A DNA stretch of 64,000 nt, from assembly GCA_963674785.1 (NCBI GenBank), contig OY771555.1:1632001-1696000 (forward strand). The letters are read 5' to 3'. The notes under the pieces are model-generated. The model saw only the letters and a program-made list of their open reading frames with translations, was not told the DNA's origin and ran no database searches. This document shows, piece by piece, positions 1 to 9,679 of this stretch (the stretch's first letter is position 1; each line of letters begins with the position of its first letter). The stretch comes from Caldisericia bacterium (GTDB lineage: Bacteria > Caldisericota > Caldisericia > JAAYUI01). The position numbers and the translations under genes were made by a program.

Positions 1-1
1 G

Positions 2-370
2 AAGATCAAGGAGATTTCATACGCTCATTGCGAGGGAATGTACTCTGCTGAATTCAAACACGGCCCACTTGCAATCATTACAAAAGACTACCCTGTTCTT
101 TATCTCTCAACAACTGAGGATGAACATATGACACTCTCACATATTAATGAGGTCACATGTAGACACGGAGCCGCAATTACAATTGCACCAAAATCCGATC
201 TCCTTGAGAAGAATTCTACTCATTTCTATGAGCTGCCATATTCTGATTATTCTCTTGTGCCAATCTTGTCTGTTGTGTTTACACAGTTATTCTCGTATTA
301 TCTTACTGTTGAAAAAGGATATGATCCTGATTATCCGAGAAATTGCAGTAAGACAATTACCGTTGACTAG
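2..370 (+). CDS. glmS: 3' end of glucosamine-6-phosphate synthase (GlmS)-like SIS domain protein, truncated by window start
   Basis: Open frame from base 2: KIKEISYAHCEGMYSAEFKHGPLA...PDYPRNCSKTITVD resembles the GlmS C-terminus (KLKEISYIHAEGY.AGELKHGP...PRNLAKSVTVE). Confidence 0.75.
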   Translation, partial: KIKEISYAHCEGMYSAEFKHGPLAIITKDYPVLYLSTTEDEHMTLSHINEVTCRHGAAITIAPKSDLLEKNSTHFYELPYSDYSLVPILSVVFTQLFSYYLTVEKGYDPDYPRNCSKTITVD

Positions 371-388
371 ATAGTTTTTGGAGGATAC

Positions 389-1321
389 ATGCCAGAACAG
401 ATACCAACAAGATTTGGATATAGCGATGCGCTTTTAGAGCTTGGTGAAAAAGACGACAGAATTGTTGTTCTTGATGCAGACCTTGCAAAATCAACGACCT
501 CAATAAGATTCAAGGAAAGATTTCCTGACAGATTTTTTCAGATGGGGATTGCCGAACAAAACATGCTAAATGTTGCAGCAGGTCTCTCGATTGCTGGAAA
601 AATTCCATTTGCTTCGAGTTATGGTGTTTTTGTTACGGGTCGTGCATGGGAACAGATTCGAACAATGATCTCTTACTCGAACCTCAATGTCAACTTTGCT
701 GGTCATGCTGGAATTTCTGTCGGACCAGATGGTGCGACACATCAGGCACTCGAAGACATAGCGATAATTTCAGTTATCCCGAATACTTCTGTGTTTGTTC
801 CATGTGACCATATCGAAACAAAAAAAGCCACAATGGTCGCTGCTTATAATCCTGGCCCAAGTTTTATAAGGTTTGGTAGAGCACCAGTGCCTGTGATCAC
901 AAGCGAAGATGCTCCATTTGAATTTGGAAAAGCAAATGTTCTTCGTGAGGGCAATGATGTAACAATTGTTGCTTGTGGAATAATGGTAAACGAAGCGTTA
1001 ATTGCAGCTGACAATCTCAAATCGAAGGGTGTGAGTGCCGAGGTAATCAATCTCCATACTGTAAAACCAATGGATGAGGAGACAATTCTTGCGTCTGCTA
1101 AAAGAACAGGAAGAGTTGTTAGTGCTGAAGAGCATCAGCTTATACTTGGTGTTGGTTCAATGGTTTCATCACTCCTTGCAAGAAAACACCCTGTTCCAAT
1201 GGAGATGGTTGGTATGCCAAACAGATTCGGTGAATCGGGCGAACCAAATGAGTTGCTCGCGGAGTTTGGATGCACATCATGCAATATCTTTGATGCCGTT
1301 GAGAAGGTTATGAGAAGATAG
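389..1321 (+). CDS. Transketolase, C-terminal (pyrimidine-binding) subunit
   Basis: LDADLAKST, GIAEQNM, GPDGATHQALED, KPMD and EEHQ motifs; GGAGG SD upstream. Confidence 0.92.
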   Translation: MPEQIPTRFGYSDALLELGEKDDRIVVLDADLAKSTTSIRFKERFPDRFFQMGIAEQNMLNVAAGLSIAGKIPFASSYGVFVTGRAWEQIRTMISYSNLNVNFAGHAGISVGPDGATHQALEDIAIISVIPNTSVFVPCDHIETKKATMVAAYNPGPSFIRFGRAPVPVITSEDAPFEFGKANVLREGNDVTIVACGIMVNEALIAADNLKSKGVSAEVINLHTVKPMDEETILASAKRTGRVVSAEEHQLILGVGSMVSSLLARKHPVPMEMVGMPNRFGESGEPNELLAEFGCTSCNIFDAVEKVMRR

Positions 1322-1331
1322 TTGGAATTGG

Positions 1332-3659
1332 CTATTTAAAGGTCTCTACAACATAATTTCCGTCATCAATTATTATTGATATTGCACCGTAATTAGCGGT
1401 TGAAAGCACTGGGATATTTTGTTTCTCCAGTGCTTTTTCGGTTTTTAGGTTTGCACCAGTTCCAACTTTTGCTGCATCTGAATTGATAGCCAGTTTCGGG
1501 TTTACTTTTGTAAACCATGATGGAACCATGTTATTCCACCCTCCATGATGCGGAATCTTGACTATATCACAATCGAGATCTTTGAAATTTTCTATTTCAA
1601 ACCTCATCGCCTCTTCATGAATGTCGCCTGTCATAAATATTTTCACGCCTTCTATTTCAAGTATCCCTGCAACACTTCCATCGTTTGTTTGTGATTTTGA
1701 TTTTTCAATCGTTTCTTTATCAGGTGGTCCGAAGAATCTGAAGGATGTTTTTGAGTCGAGGTTTATCTTCTGTCCATATTCAGGAATAAGCGTCTTTTGA
1801 CTCCTTTTTATTAGGATACTAGATAAATCCTCTGAGCTAAACGTGTTGCTTTTTATTCCAGATTTTATATATGTTCCAACAGGAAACTCCGAGAGTACTG
1901 AGTACATACCACCGATATGATCCTGGTCTTGATGTGTTTCGATTACATAGTCGAGTTTGTTGATTCCTTTGTATCTTAAGAATGGCACGACAATTGTTGA
2001 TCCAGGGTTGAATGTGGAATATGGTGACGCCCCACCAGCATCAATTAACATTGTGGTTCCTTCTTTTGTGATTATGACACAAGAATCTCCGTGACCCACA
2101 TCAAGGAAATAAACCTCGGAGTTTGCTGGGTGATTTTTTCCGACAAACATGCCTGCCGTAAAAGAAATAAAGATTACAAGCATCACTTGAACCGCAATTC
2201 GATACTTTTGCTTTCTGAATTTTTCTGGTGGATTGAATCTGAGATATAGCAGGATGACTGTTACATAATAAGGAATCCACAAAAGCAACGGAAACACACC
2301 GGTCGAAACAACTGCCCAGAGTGGTGTTGAAAGCATTTTTAATCCAGATTTCAGAAGTATCAAGAGTGGCCATGAAAGCCAGCAAATAAATGCTCCGAGG
2401 GGTGGAATTATGACTCCGAGAATTGATGCGATTGCTCCCATTGGTATGAGAATCGTCGCAATTGGAATTGCTATAATGTTTGCAATCGGTGAGACTATTG
2501 AAAAATAGTGAAAGTGGTAGGCAAGGATGGGGATTGTAAGGATGTTTATCAGAACAGAGACCGCAATAATACTTAACAGATTTGAATACCAATTGTTATT
2601 TTTGAATCGTTTGTGAATTATCGGGTAGCCAATAAACAAAGCAAAACTCGATACGAAGGATAATTGAAAACCGATTGAATAGATACTTCTCGGATTCAGA
2701 AGTAAGATTATAATTACCGCACAGGCAAGCCCTGACCCCTTAGAATATGTCCGACCCAGAAGCATCCCTCCAAGTGTTAGGATGGCAAGAATGAATGCTC
2801 TTGTGATGGATGGGGTGAATCCAACGATTAGTGCGAAGACTATTGCAATTCCAATCCCAAAAAATATTGCGATCTTTTTGTTGCCAAAGATATACATCAC
2901 AAATAAGTAACCAGAGAATATGATTATCGAGATATGAAACCCGGACGCTGCAAGGATGTGAGATGTTCCCGATCTAGTAAAGATTGATTCTATCTCATCA
3001 GTTAGTTCGCGTTTACCAAATGTCATTCCAGAAAGCATTTTTGCGTATTCATCTGGGAGGTTGTCAGAAAATACTGAGGTTGCCCTTTCGCGCAAAAGAA
3101 GACCAAACTTCTTGAGTGAAAATCCACCTTCTTTGATGATAATGGGTTCATCATAATCCTTTATGTATCCAGGGATTCCAAGGGAATCAAGATATTTTTT
3201 AAAATCAAATTGACCAGGGTTGGTTGCACCTTTTGCTATGTAAAATGTGCCAGAAAGTTCTATTTGGTCAGCAATTTTTATATTTGTTGACTTGGTGTAA
3301 CATCTAAGAATGGTGCCTTCTAAGCCGTCTGGTTTTGAAGATACAACCTTTATGTGAAAGACTGATCTTTCTGTGCTGGATTCGACAATGGATGTAATAG
3401 TTCCTTTAATTTCAAAGCCCGATCCAGTAAAACTTTCAAATCGGTTATAGCTATCGCCTGTCGAGAAGCATGATAAAAGCAAACTTATTGCCAAAAATGC
3501 TGTGAAAAACTTTATTAGATCAACTTTTTTAATTGGAAGAATCACGAATGAAAAAAGAATTAGAGAAATTGATACAACGATAAGCGGGTTAATTCTTGTG
3601 TTTAAGCCAATGATTACACCGAGAACTGTACCAAAAGCTGAAACTATGGCTGGCTTCAT
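1332..3659 (-). CDS. comEC: Competence protein ComEC/Rec2 (DNA uptake channel with OB and metallo-beta-lactamase domains)
   Basis: NPGQFDFKKYL, SGTSHILAASGFH, IGFQLSF, FLDVGHGDS, THQDQDHIGG and KIPHHG motifs; many TM segments. Confidence 0.93.
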   Translation of the reverse strand: MKPAIVSAFGTVLGVIIGLNTRINPLIVVSISLILFSFVILPIKKVDLIKFFTAFLAISLLLSCFSTGDSYNRFESFTGSGFEIKGTITSIVESSTERSVFHIKVVSSKPDGLEGTILRCYTKSTNIKIADQIELSGTFYIAKGATNPGQFDFKKYLDSLGIPGYIKDYDEPIIIKEGGFSLKKFGLLLRERATSVFSDNLPDEYAKMLSGMTFGKRELTDEIESIFTRSGTSHILAASGFHISIIIFSGYLFVMYIFGNKKIAIFFGIGIAIVFALIVGFTPSITRAFILAILTLGGMLLGRTYSKGSGLACAVIIILLLNPRSIYSIGFQLSFVSSFALFIGYPIIHKRFKNNNWYSNLLSIIAVSVLINILTIPILAYHFHYFSIVSPIANIIAIPIATILIPMGAIASILGVIIPPLGAFICWLSWPLLILLKSGLKMLSTPLWAVVSTGVFPLLLWIPYYVTVILLYLRFNPPEKFRKQKYRIAVQVMLVIFISFTAGMFVGKNHPANSEVYFLDVGHGDSCVIITKEGTTMLIDAGGASPYSTFNPGSTIVVPFLRYKGINKLDYVIETHQDQDHIGGMYSVLSEFPVGTYIKSGIKSNTFSSEDLSSILIKRSQKTLIPEYGQKINLDSKTSFRFFGPPDKETIEKSKSQTNDGSVAGILEIEGVKIFMTGDIHEEAMRFEIENFKDLDCDIVKIPHHGGWNNMVPSWFTKVNPKLAINSDAAKVGTGANLKTEKALEKQNIPVLSTANYGAISIIIDDGNYVVETFK

Positions 3660-4246
3660 TTAATGTGGAAGTTTTCTCTTAGTCGTTCGACTGTTTTGGG
3701 GCCAACGCCTTTTAGGCTTAACAGTTCATCGAAGTTTGTGATTTTGTTCTTTTGTACGTGCTTGAAAACTGCATCTGCAGCATTCACTGAAACATACGGA
3801 ATTTTATCTATCTGGTCAAAGGTTGCGTCGAAAATTGAAATATCTCCAAAACCATCTTTGTATTCTTTTGAGCCAAGATTGGGGGCTATCTCTGATTTGA
3901 TCGGGGTTTCTATACTTGATAAATCAATACTTGTTGAGGTTGTTGTTTCTATGTCTTCAATTTTTTTGAAGTCATAATCAAACTTATTTTTAAGTGCATT
4001 TGACAGTTCCAGCTTTAGAGGAGTAAGTTCACTTATCCTTAAGTATGACTGTGTTTTGTTAGTGTATTCATCAAGCTTTATCCATCCAAGGGAAGCTGAT
4101 GCACTTGTTGCTCTTTCAAAGCTCTTTTCGGATTTATTGGGATTAGCAGAATCTGAAAGCATAATCCCAATAATAATTCCAATTGCTATACCGGCTGTTG
4201 CGCCGGTCAAAATCCATTTGAATTTTACGTCTTTTAAGTTTAACAC
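3656..4246 (-). CDS. ComEA-like membrane-anchored helix-hairpin-helix DNA-binding protein
   Basis: N-terminal TM helix; C-terminal HhH (DELLSLKGVGPKTVERLR); stop overlaps the comEC start. Confidence 0.72.
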   Translation of the reverse strand: MLNLKDVKFKWILTGATAGIAIGIIIGIMLSDSANPNKSEKSFERATSASASLGWIKLDEYTNKTQSYLRISELTPLKLELSNALKNKFDYDFKKIEDIETTTSTSIDLSSIETPIKSEIAPNLGSKEYKDGFGDISIFDATFDQIDKIPYVSVNAADAVFKHVQKNKITNFDELLSLKGVGPKTVERLRENFHIK

Positions 4247-4249
4247 CGA

Positions 4250-7200
4250 TTAGGGAGTGAATGTGAGAACAATCTTTTTTTCAGCTGCAATCCAGTCAAC
4301 ATTTGCTCCAAGGGATTCTGTGACAAACCTAAGAGGTAACATCGTTTTACTATTTACGATTGCAGGATAAAGCTTGTGCGAGTCATCAATCCAAACAGTT
4401 TCCCCGTCAACTTTTGCCTGTGTTTTTCCAATCCAAAGCTCAATACTCTTTGTTTTTCCGTTAATGTTTTGGTCGAGAGTAACTTTTCTTTCATCGCCGA
4501 CCCATCCAACTGTTACATAAAGAGCTTCCGCTACCTCTCTGATTGGCATGTATGTATTTCCTGCAAGTTCAGCAGGAAGTGGTGGCGAGCTTAAAACTGG
4601 TGCCTGAGGAAGAGTCAAGACTTCGCCATTTACCACCATTGAGTTCTTTCCAATCCAAAGCTCAATTGTTATTGACCTGGTAAGAATAAGCTTGAATTCT
4701 ACAGTCGTTTTCCTGCCCATTCTGTCTGTTGCTTCAAGTGTGATGATGTTTTCACCAGAGTCCAGCGTGATTGTTTTTTTGAATTCGTTGAATTCGCTAA
4801 GCTCTACTTGTTCTCCGTTCACATATGTTTCAGATGCTTCGTCTACCCATCCCTCAATCTCGATTGTTGCTTCATTGACTGTCTGACCATCTTTGAAGTT
4901 TGATATTCCAATCATTGGCGGAGTGCTATCTCTATTGATAATTATTTTTTTTGCGCTTGAAGTTCCAGTTTCGTCTTTCGCTATGATTACGAAAGTGTTG
5001 GGTCCTTCTCTTAATCTTGCTGAATACTCCCAAACACCTTCGCCAGTTAGTTTGATCTCTCTTCCATTTATTGAGAGAGACACAGGGTAGTCGGGATCGA
5101 CACTTTTTGCTGAACCTTTGATGATATAGTTTTCTTGGTCAACATATGCACCGTCATCGGCCTCAACGGTTAAAAGAGGTGGGGGAAGGTGAGAGATAAC
5201 ATCTATCTCCTGATGAGTACAACCTATATTTGAAAGGACGGAGTTGCCGTTTGGGTCAGTGGCTATAACATCACAAACCTCAATGCTTGTGCCTTTCTTT
5301 GTTACACCTTTAATACCTCTCATAACAACTGTGCAAAGCTTGCCTTTTCCGATTGCGACATCGCCGCTAATCTGAACGGTTATTTTCCCTTCAACTGATC
5401 TATCAAGGAAGTTGAATGATGAGTCAGAATAAACAAAGAAATCTCCAGCTTCATGATGGGTTACTGTTAAAATTGTTGGGTCGTATCTTACTGAAAACTG
5501 GATACTAGCAATCTCCATTGGAGAGTTGATCATGATGTCAACATTTGAACTGTGGCAAGCTTCGTTTTCTGAACAACTTATGATCTTAAGAGGAGATGCC
5601 GCAATCAAAACCTTTGCGTATTGAACGTCAACCTGGATGAGAGATTGATGTTCAATCTCTTCGCCAAAACTGGTGATACCTTTTGCAACCAGGCACAGGT
5701 TGTAATTGTCCACCTGGAGTTTGTCTCCTCCTGTGACTGTGACGTTTGTTTCAAATGGGGGAACACCGTTTGATGGACTAAATTCGACTTTTAAAGAAGG
5801 GTTTCCTGTGCAATCGGTTAGTGTCACTGGACCCGAAAACTCATTGATGGGATCGATTGTTATTTTGAATTCTTTTGTTTGACCTTTTGTGATTTCAACT
5901 CTATTTATATCTGGTTCAAATGTAAAATCTGGTGGAAGCCTTGGGATGGTTGTAACACTTACTAGATTATGTTTTTTGTCGTTTTCGTGGGTGCTTGTGA
6001 TGATGTCAAATGAAGCCTCGATGCCCGGCTCAGCATCTGCAGGTGGTGCTGTTTTAATGGAAATTGTTTTGCTTTCAAATGGTGAGAGATTAAGCATAAA
6101 GTCATCGATATCCGTTTCCACACCATCGATCTCGATAACATAGTCCCATCCATCAGCAGTGAACTCAGGAAGACATGAAAGGTCTAGTATATGGCTTGAA
6201 GTGTTTGTAACTCTGTATTGAAGTTCAGTATCACCTCCAACCTCAAGATTAACGACGTCGTTTACCCTTATTATTTCGTATGAGTTGATGACTGGTTGGT
6301 TATGGAATTTAGATATTGTTGTTTGGAGAACTGATTTTGAGCCATTGTTTTGTACCCAGACCACAAGTCCTGCGTTTTTTATGTTTACATAATCTGGAAT
6401 TTCAAGCTCCATCTGTCGTGTGAAGAGTTTACCTTCAACCAATTCAATCTCTTCGCCCAGTGGACTTGTATACATCTCACGAACTATCAGATTGTGCCAT
6501 TCGTCTGTATTCATTGCAGGGAATTCGATGTTATCCTCAGTTAAAACTACATACAGGTTTAGGTTCTTATTATTTGAAAGAGACTCTTTAAGTTCTATTT
6601 CGATGTTTGCTTTAATTGTTCTTCCATCAATCTTGGTGTCTGTAAAGATAGATATTGGAGCGGGGTTGGCAACAGTATTTAGTAGTTCTGTTTTGTATCT
6701 GTTATAGGTGTAAGTCGTACCAGAGAATTTGTCACATGATTGTTTATCTTCTGGTGGATCTTTTTTCTCCTCGTGATTATCTCCACCAACAACCGAATTC
6801 ATACCATCGAAGAATGTTGTTGGAAGACCCTGTCCAGGATACCATTTGTAACGTTTATCAGCGGGTGGATAATAAAGATATGCTTCGTCGATTTTTGGTG
6901 TTTCAACGTAATAGTTGAGCCACACAATATCTGTATTGCCGTATTCTTCAACAAGCCTTTCGGCGGCTCTGTGCGCATATGGACAGTTGATACACCATTC
7001 AGCAGTGTATGTCTCACCAAGTACAGTTCGAGGTTCGGTTTCTTGGCTTGCAGAAACAACCAACGAGAAGGTTGTGTAGGTTTCGTATTTTAACTTTGGT
7101 GTTTCACCTTTGAGTGTGATTGTGTATATTCCTGGAGTGATTCCATCTGAAGACCTTATTGAGAGTATACTCTCAGTACTATCTCCACTTTTGAGTTTGA

Positions 7201-9475
7201 GTAAACTGCTTGAAAACTGTCCGTAGGTTTTTGGTGGACTATTTTCAACGCTCAGAGCGACTGTGCTTGTAAATCCATTTTGAGGAACAACAGTCAAAGG
7301 GATTGTGATTTTTTTGTTTGATTCTCTGTAAACAATTGGGTTTGTTTTGATGATGTAGCTGTATGCTTCACCAACAGTTACTTTAACATGGATCATTGTT
7401 GGTTGATTATCATGATCTTTGTTTGTAGTTATGGAAACATCAGTTTCATAAACTCCATTTTCAAGACCTTTCGTATCGACAATGAAGTCAATTGGTTCTT
7501 TGTCGTTTGAGAATGAAGAATTTCTAACTGAGAGCCAGTTTGCTTTTGAATCAATATCGATAATACCAGTTATTTCGCCACCTGAAATGTTTTTGATCGT
7601 AACTTTTTGTTCAGAGATTGTTCCGTTTGGGACAACTCCAAAATCAAGGATTGATGGGGATAAAACAAAACTATATTCTTTAAAAATGCTTGTGTAATCA
7701 ACATATTGGATTCTTGAGTTGAATGAGTCTGCGACAAAACATCCAAAAGCATCGGCAAAAACGCCCTGTGGAAATTTGAAAAATCCTGGTGCAAGTGGAT
7801 CATGTTCTGGTGGTGGGCAGATTGCGGGCATCATATGGAACTGATCATCTGGACCGCCACACGTTCCGTATTTCCAATTGTAACCAGTTTCTGTATCAAA
7901 GATCATCAGTCTGTGGTTGTAAGAATCTGCTACATAAATCTTGCCATCAGAATCGTATGAGCAGTCTGTCACACCAAGAAGTTGCCCTCTTCCACGACCT
8001 CTTGAGCCAATGAAACTCATTGATTTTCCGGTGAGGCTGATCTCCTGAACTCTGCTGTTTCCGAAGTCAGTTACAAGTATCCTGTCTTCCCCTAAGTCGA
8101 TACCCATTGGCATAATAAACTGACCAGGTGCAGTTCCCCACTCTCCAAAGTAATCAATGAATTCACCGTCTGTTGAAAGAACCTGTATTCTATGGTTTTT
8201 TGTATCAGAGATGTAAAGTCTATTACTTATTGTGTCGATACAGATATCAGTTGGTTCTCTGAAAAAACCGCCAGTTGTACCCATTCCACCAATGGTTTTC
8301 AGATGTGTTCCATTTGAGTCATAAACCTTTATATTGTTATCCTTTTTGTCGACGACAAAGATATCACCGTTTTGACCAACACATACACCTGTTGGGTAAA
8401 CCAAAGAAACTTCTGCTTCCTTTCCGATTTCTTTTACAAATTGTCCACTCTTTTTGTAGACTAAAACAACTCTTCTACTTGAGTCAGGAATGTAGATATT
8501 GTCGCCATTAGAATAAACTCTCTCTGGTCTGGCCATTGAGCCTTTATCTGAAACCTCTGTGTTAAAATCACCGTAGTATGAGCCATCGGAATTCCAAACC
8601 TGAATTCTATCAGTCCCTTCTGATGATATGATTATTCTATTTGAAAGAATATCGATCCCTTTTGGGCTCGATAAAATGGTTTTTCCATTTTTGTCTTGTC
8701 CAAGTGTTTTTAGTATTTGACCATCGGCATCAAGAATATATCCAACATTTTTTTCGGGTGATGTTACAAGGAGTGTATCGTTATTTTCGTCGTACATTAC
8801 AGCATATGGATTTGAAATATCAAGCTTTTTAACAAAATTACCGTCGTAATCAAAAATGCCAATAACATCATGGGTGGGGTCTGTTACATATATACTATTC
8901 TCAAATGCGTCAATCCCTGTTGGATTTGTCAATCCGATTTCAAGACCTGAGATTGTGAATGCGTATGCTCCGTTTTCATCTGTAACGATTATGTTTCCAG
9001 CTCCACTGTTTGCGATATAAACTCTACCATTAAGATTTGTTATCCCGATTGGTCTGTCTAAGAGGGAGACACCATCTTTTGATTCAACAGAGAACTCTGA
9101 CTCATATTTTCCTGAGCCTGAAAACACAATAACTTTGTTGTTTTGGGTATCTGTTATGTACGGTTTGTTGCTAATTGTTGTTATGTCTCCTGGTGTGTGG
9201 ATCTGTCCATCATTCACACCGTATATGCCAAACCTGTAATCATTTTGATTTATAATATTTTGGATACTTGAGAGACCTTGGTCACATACAAGTAGTCTCG
9301 TGCCGGTAACATGAAGTGCTGTTGGTTTTGAAAATGTTCTGGCAGGAAGGGTGGCACCAATGACAAGTGGATACATTCCACCTGTTTGCACCTCTTCGCT
9401 TGCAAACATATTTGATGTTGGAGTAAGTTGTGCCAACAACAAAACTGCTATCAAAATTGCTAATGTTCTTCTCAT
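4250..9475 (-). CDS. Large secreted protein: NHL beta-propellers + Omp28/thioredoxin-like CxxC domain + cohesin-like + Ig-like + copper amine oxidase N (stalk) domain
   Basis: Signal peptide; NHL repeats (PTDICID..LYISDTKNHRIQV); TAEWCINCP...GLPTTFFDG; cohesin-like IQFSVRYDPTIL..AGDFF; stalk TYMPIREVAEAL...TMLPLRFVTESLGANVDW. Confidence 0.85.
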   Translation of the reverse strand: MRRTLAILIAVLLLAQLTPTSNMFASEEVQTGGMYPLVIGATLPARTFSKPTALHVTGTRLLVCDQGLSSIQNIINQNDYRFGIYGVNDGQIHTPGDITTISNKPYITDTQNNKVIVFSGSGKYESEFSVESKDGVSLLDRPIGITNLNGRVYIANSGAGNIIVTDENGAYAFTISGLEIGLTNPTGIDAFENSIYVTDPTHDVIGIFDYDGNFVKKLDISNPYAVMYDENNDTLLVTSPEKNVGYILDADGQILKTLGQDKNGKTILSSPKGIDILSNRIIISSEGTDRIQVWNSDGSYYGDFNTEVSDKGSMARPERVYSNGDNIYIPDSSRRVVLVYKKSGQFVKEIGKEAEVSLVYPTGVCVGQNGDIFVVDKKDNNIKVYDSNGTHLKTIGGMGTTGGFFREPTDICIDTISNRLYISDTKNHRIQVLSTDGEFIDYFGEWGTAPGQFIMPMGIDLGEDRILVTDFGNSRVQEISLTGKSMSFIGSRGRGRGQLLGVTDCSYDSDGKIYVADSYNHRLMIFDTETGYNWKYGTCGGPDDQFHMMPAICPPPEHDPLAPGFFKFPQGVFADAFGCFVADSFNSRIQYVDYTSIFKEYSFVLSPSILDFGVVPNGTISEQKVTIKNISGGEITGIIDIDSKANWLSVRNSSFSNDKEPIDFIVDTKGLENGVYETDVSITTNKDHDNQPTMIHVKVTVGEAYSYIIKTNPIVYRESNKKITIPLTVVPQNGFTSTVALSVENSPPKTYGQFSSSLLKLKSGDSTESILSIRSSDGITPGIYTITLKGETPKLKYETYTTFSLVVSASQETEPRTVLGETYTAEWCINCPYAHRAAERLVEEYGNTDIVWLNYYVETPKIDEAYLYYPPADKRYKWYPGQGLPTTFFDGMNSVVGGDNHEEKKDPPEDKQSCDKFSGTTYTYNRYKTELLNTVANPAPISIFTDTKIDGRTIKANIEIELKESLSNNKNLNLYVVLTEDNIEFPAMNTDEWHNLIVREMYTSPLGEEIELVEGKLFTRQMELEIPDYVNIKNAGLVVWVQNNGSKSVLQTTISKFHNQPVINSYEIIRVNDVVNLEVGGDTELQYRVTNTSSHILDLSCLPEFTADGWDYVIEIDGVETDIDDFMLNLSPFESKTISIKTAPPADAEPGIEASFDIITSTHENDKKHNLVSVTTIPRLPPDFTFEPDINRVEITKGQTKEFKITIDPINEFSGPVTLTDCTGNPSLKVEFSPSNGVPPFETNVTVTGGDKLQVDNYNLCLVAKGITSFGEEIEHQSLIQVDVQYAKVLIAASPLKIISCSENEACHSSNVDIMINSPMEIASIQFSVRYDPTILTVTHHEAGDFFVYSDSSFNFLDRSVEGKITVQISGDVAIGKGKLCTVVMRGIKGVTKKGTSIEVCDVIATDPNGNSVLSNIGCTHQEIDVISHLPPPLLTVEADDGAYVDQENYIIKGSAKSVDPDYPVSLSINGREIKLTGEGVWEYSARLREGPNTFVIIAKDETGTSSAKKIIINRDSTPPMIGISNFKDGQTVNEATIEIEGWVDEASETYVNGEQVELSEFNEFKKTITLDSGENIITLEATDRMGRKTTVEFKLILTRSITIELWIGKNSMVVNGEVLTLPQAPVLSSPPLPAELAGNTYMPIREVAEALYVTVGWVGDERKVTLDQNINGKTKSIELWIGKTQAKVDGETVWIDDSHKLYPAIVNSKTMLPLRFVTESLGANVDWIAAEKKIVLTFTP

Positions 9476-9679
9476 TAATTCTCCCCTTCAAAAAAAGGTT
9501 GTCTTGATAACAATTTATCGACAATCCCAGACTGTGCAAGTGTTCTTTGGTTTTTTTAAGGTTATTGGTAAGTTATATAACCTTTCCTTACAATGGTTCT
9601 AGTTGTTTTTAATTTCACCCATCCTATACTGCACTTTTAGAAATCGAATACACAGTGTTTCTTCAAGGAGGAGTAAACG

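Noticed and set aside
389-1321. Orphan transketolase C-subunit
   Set aside because: Split transketolases are common and the N-terminal subunit may lie outside the window.
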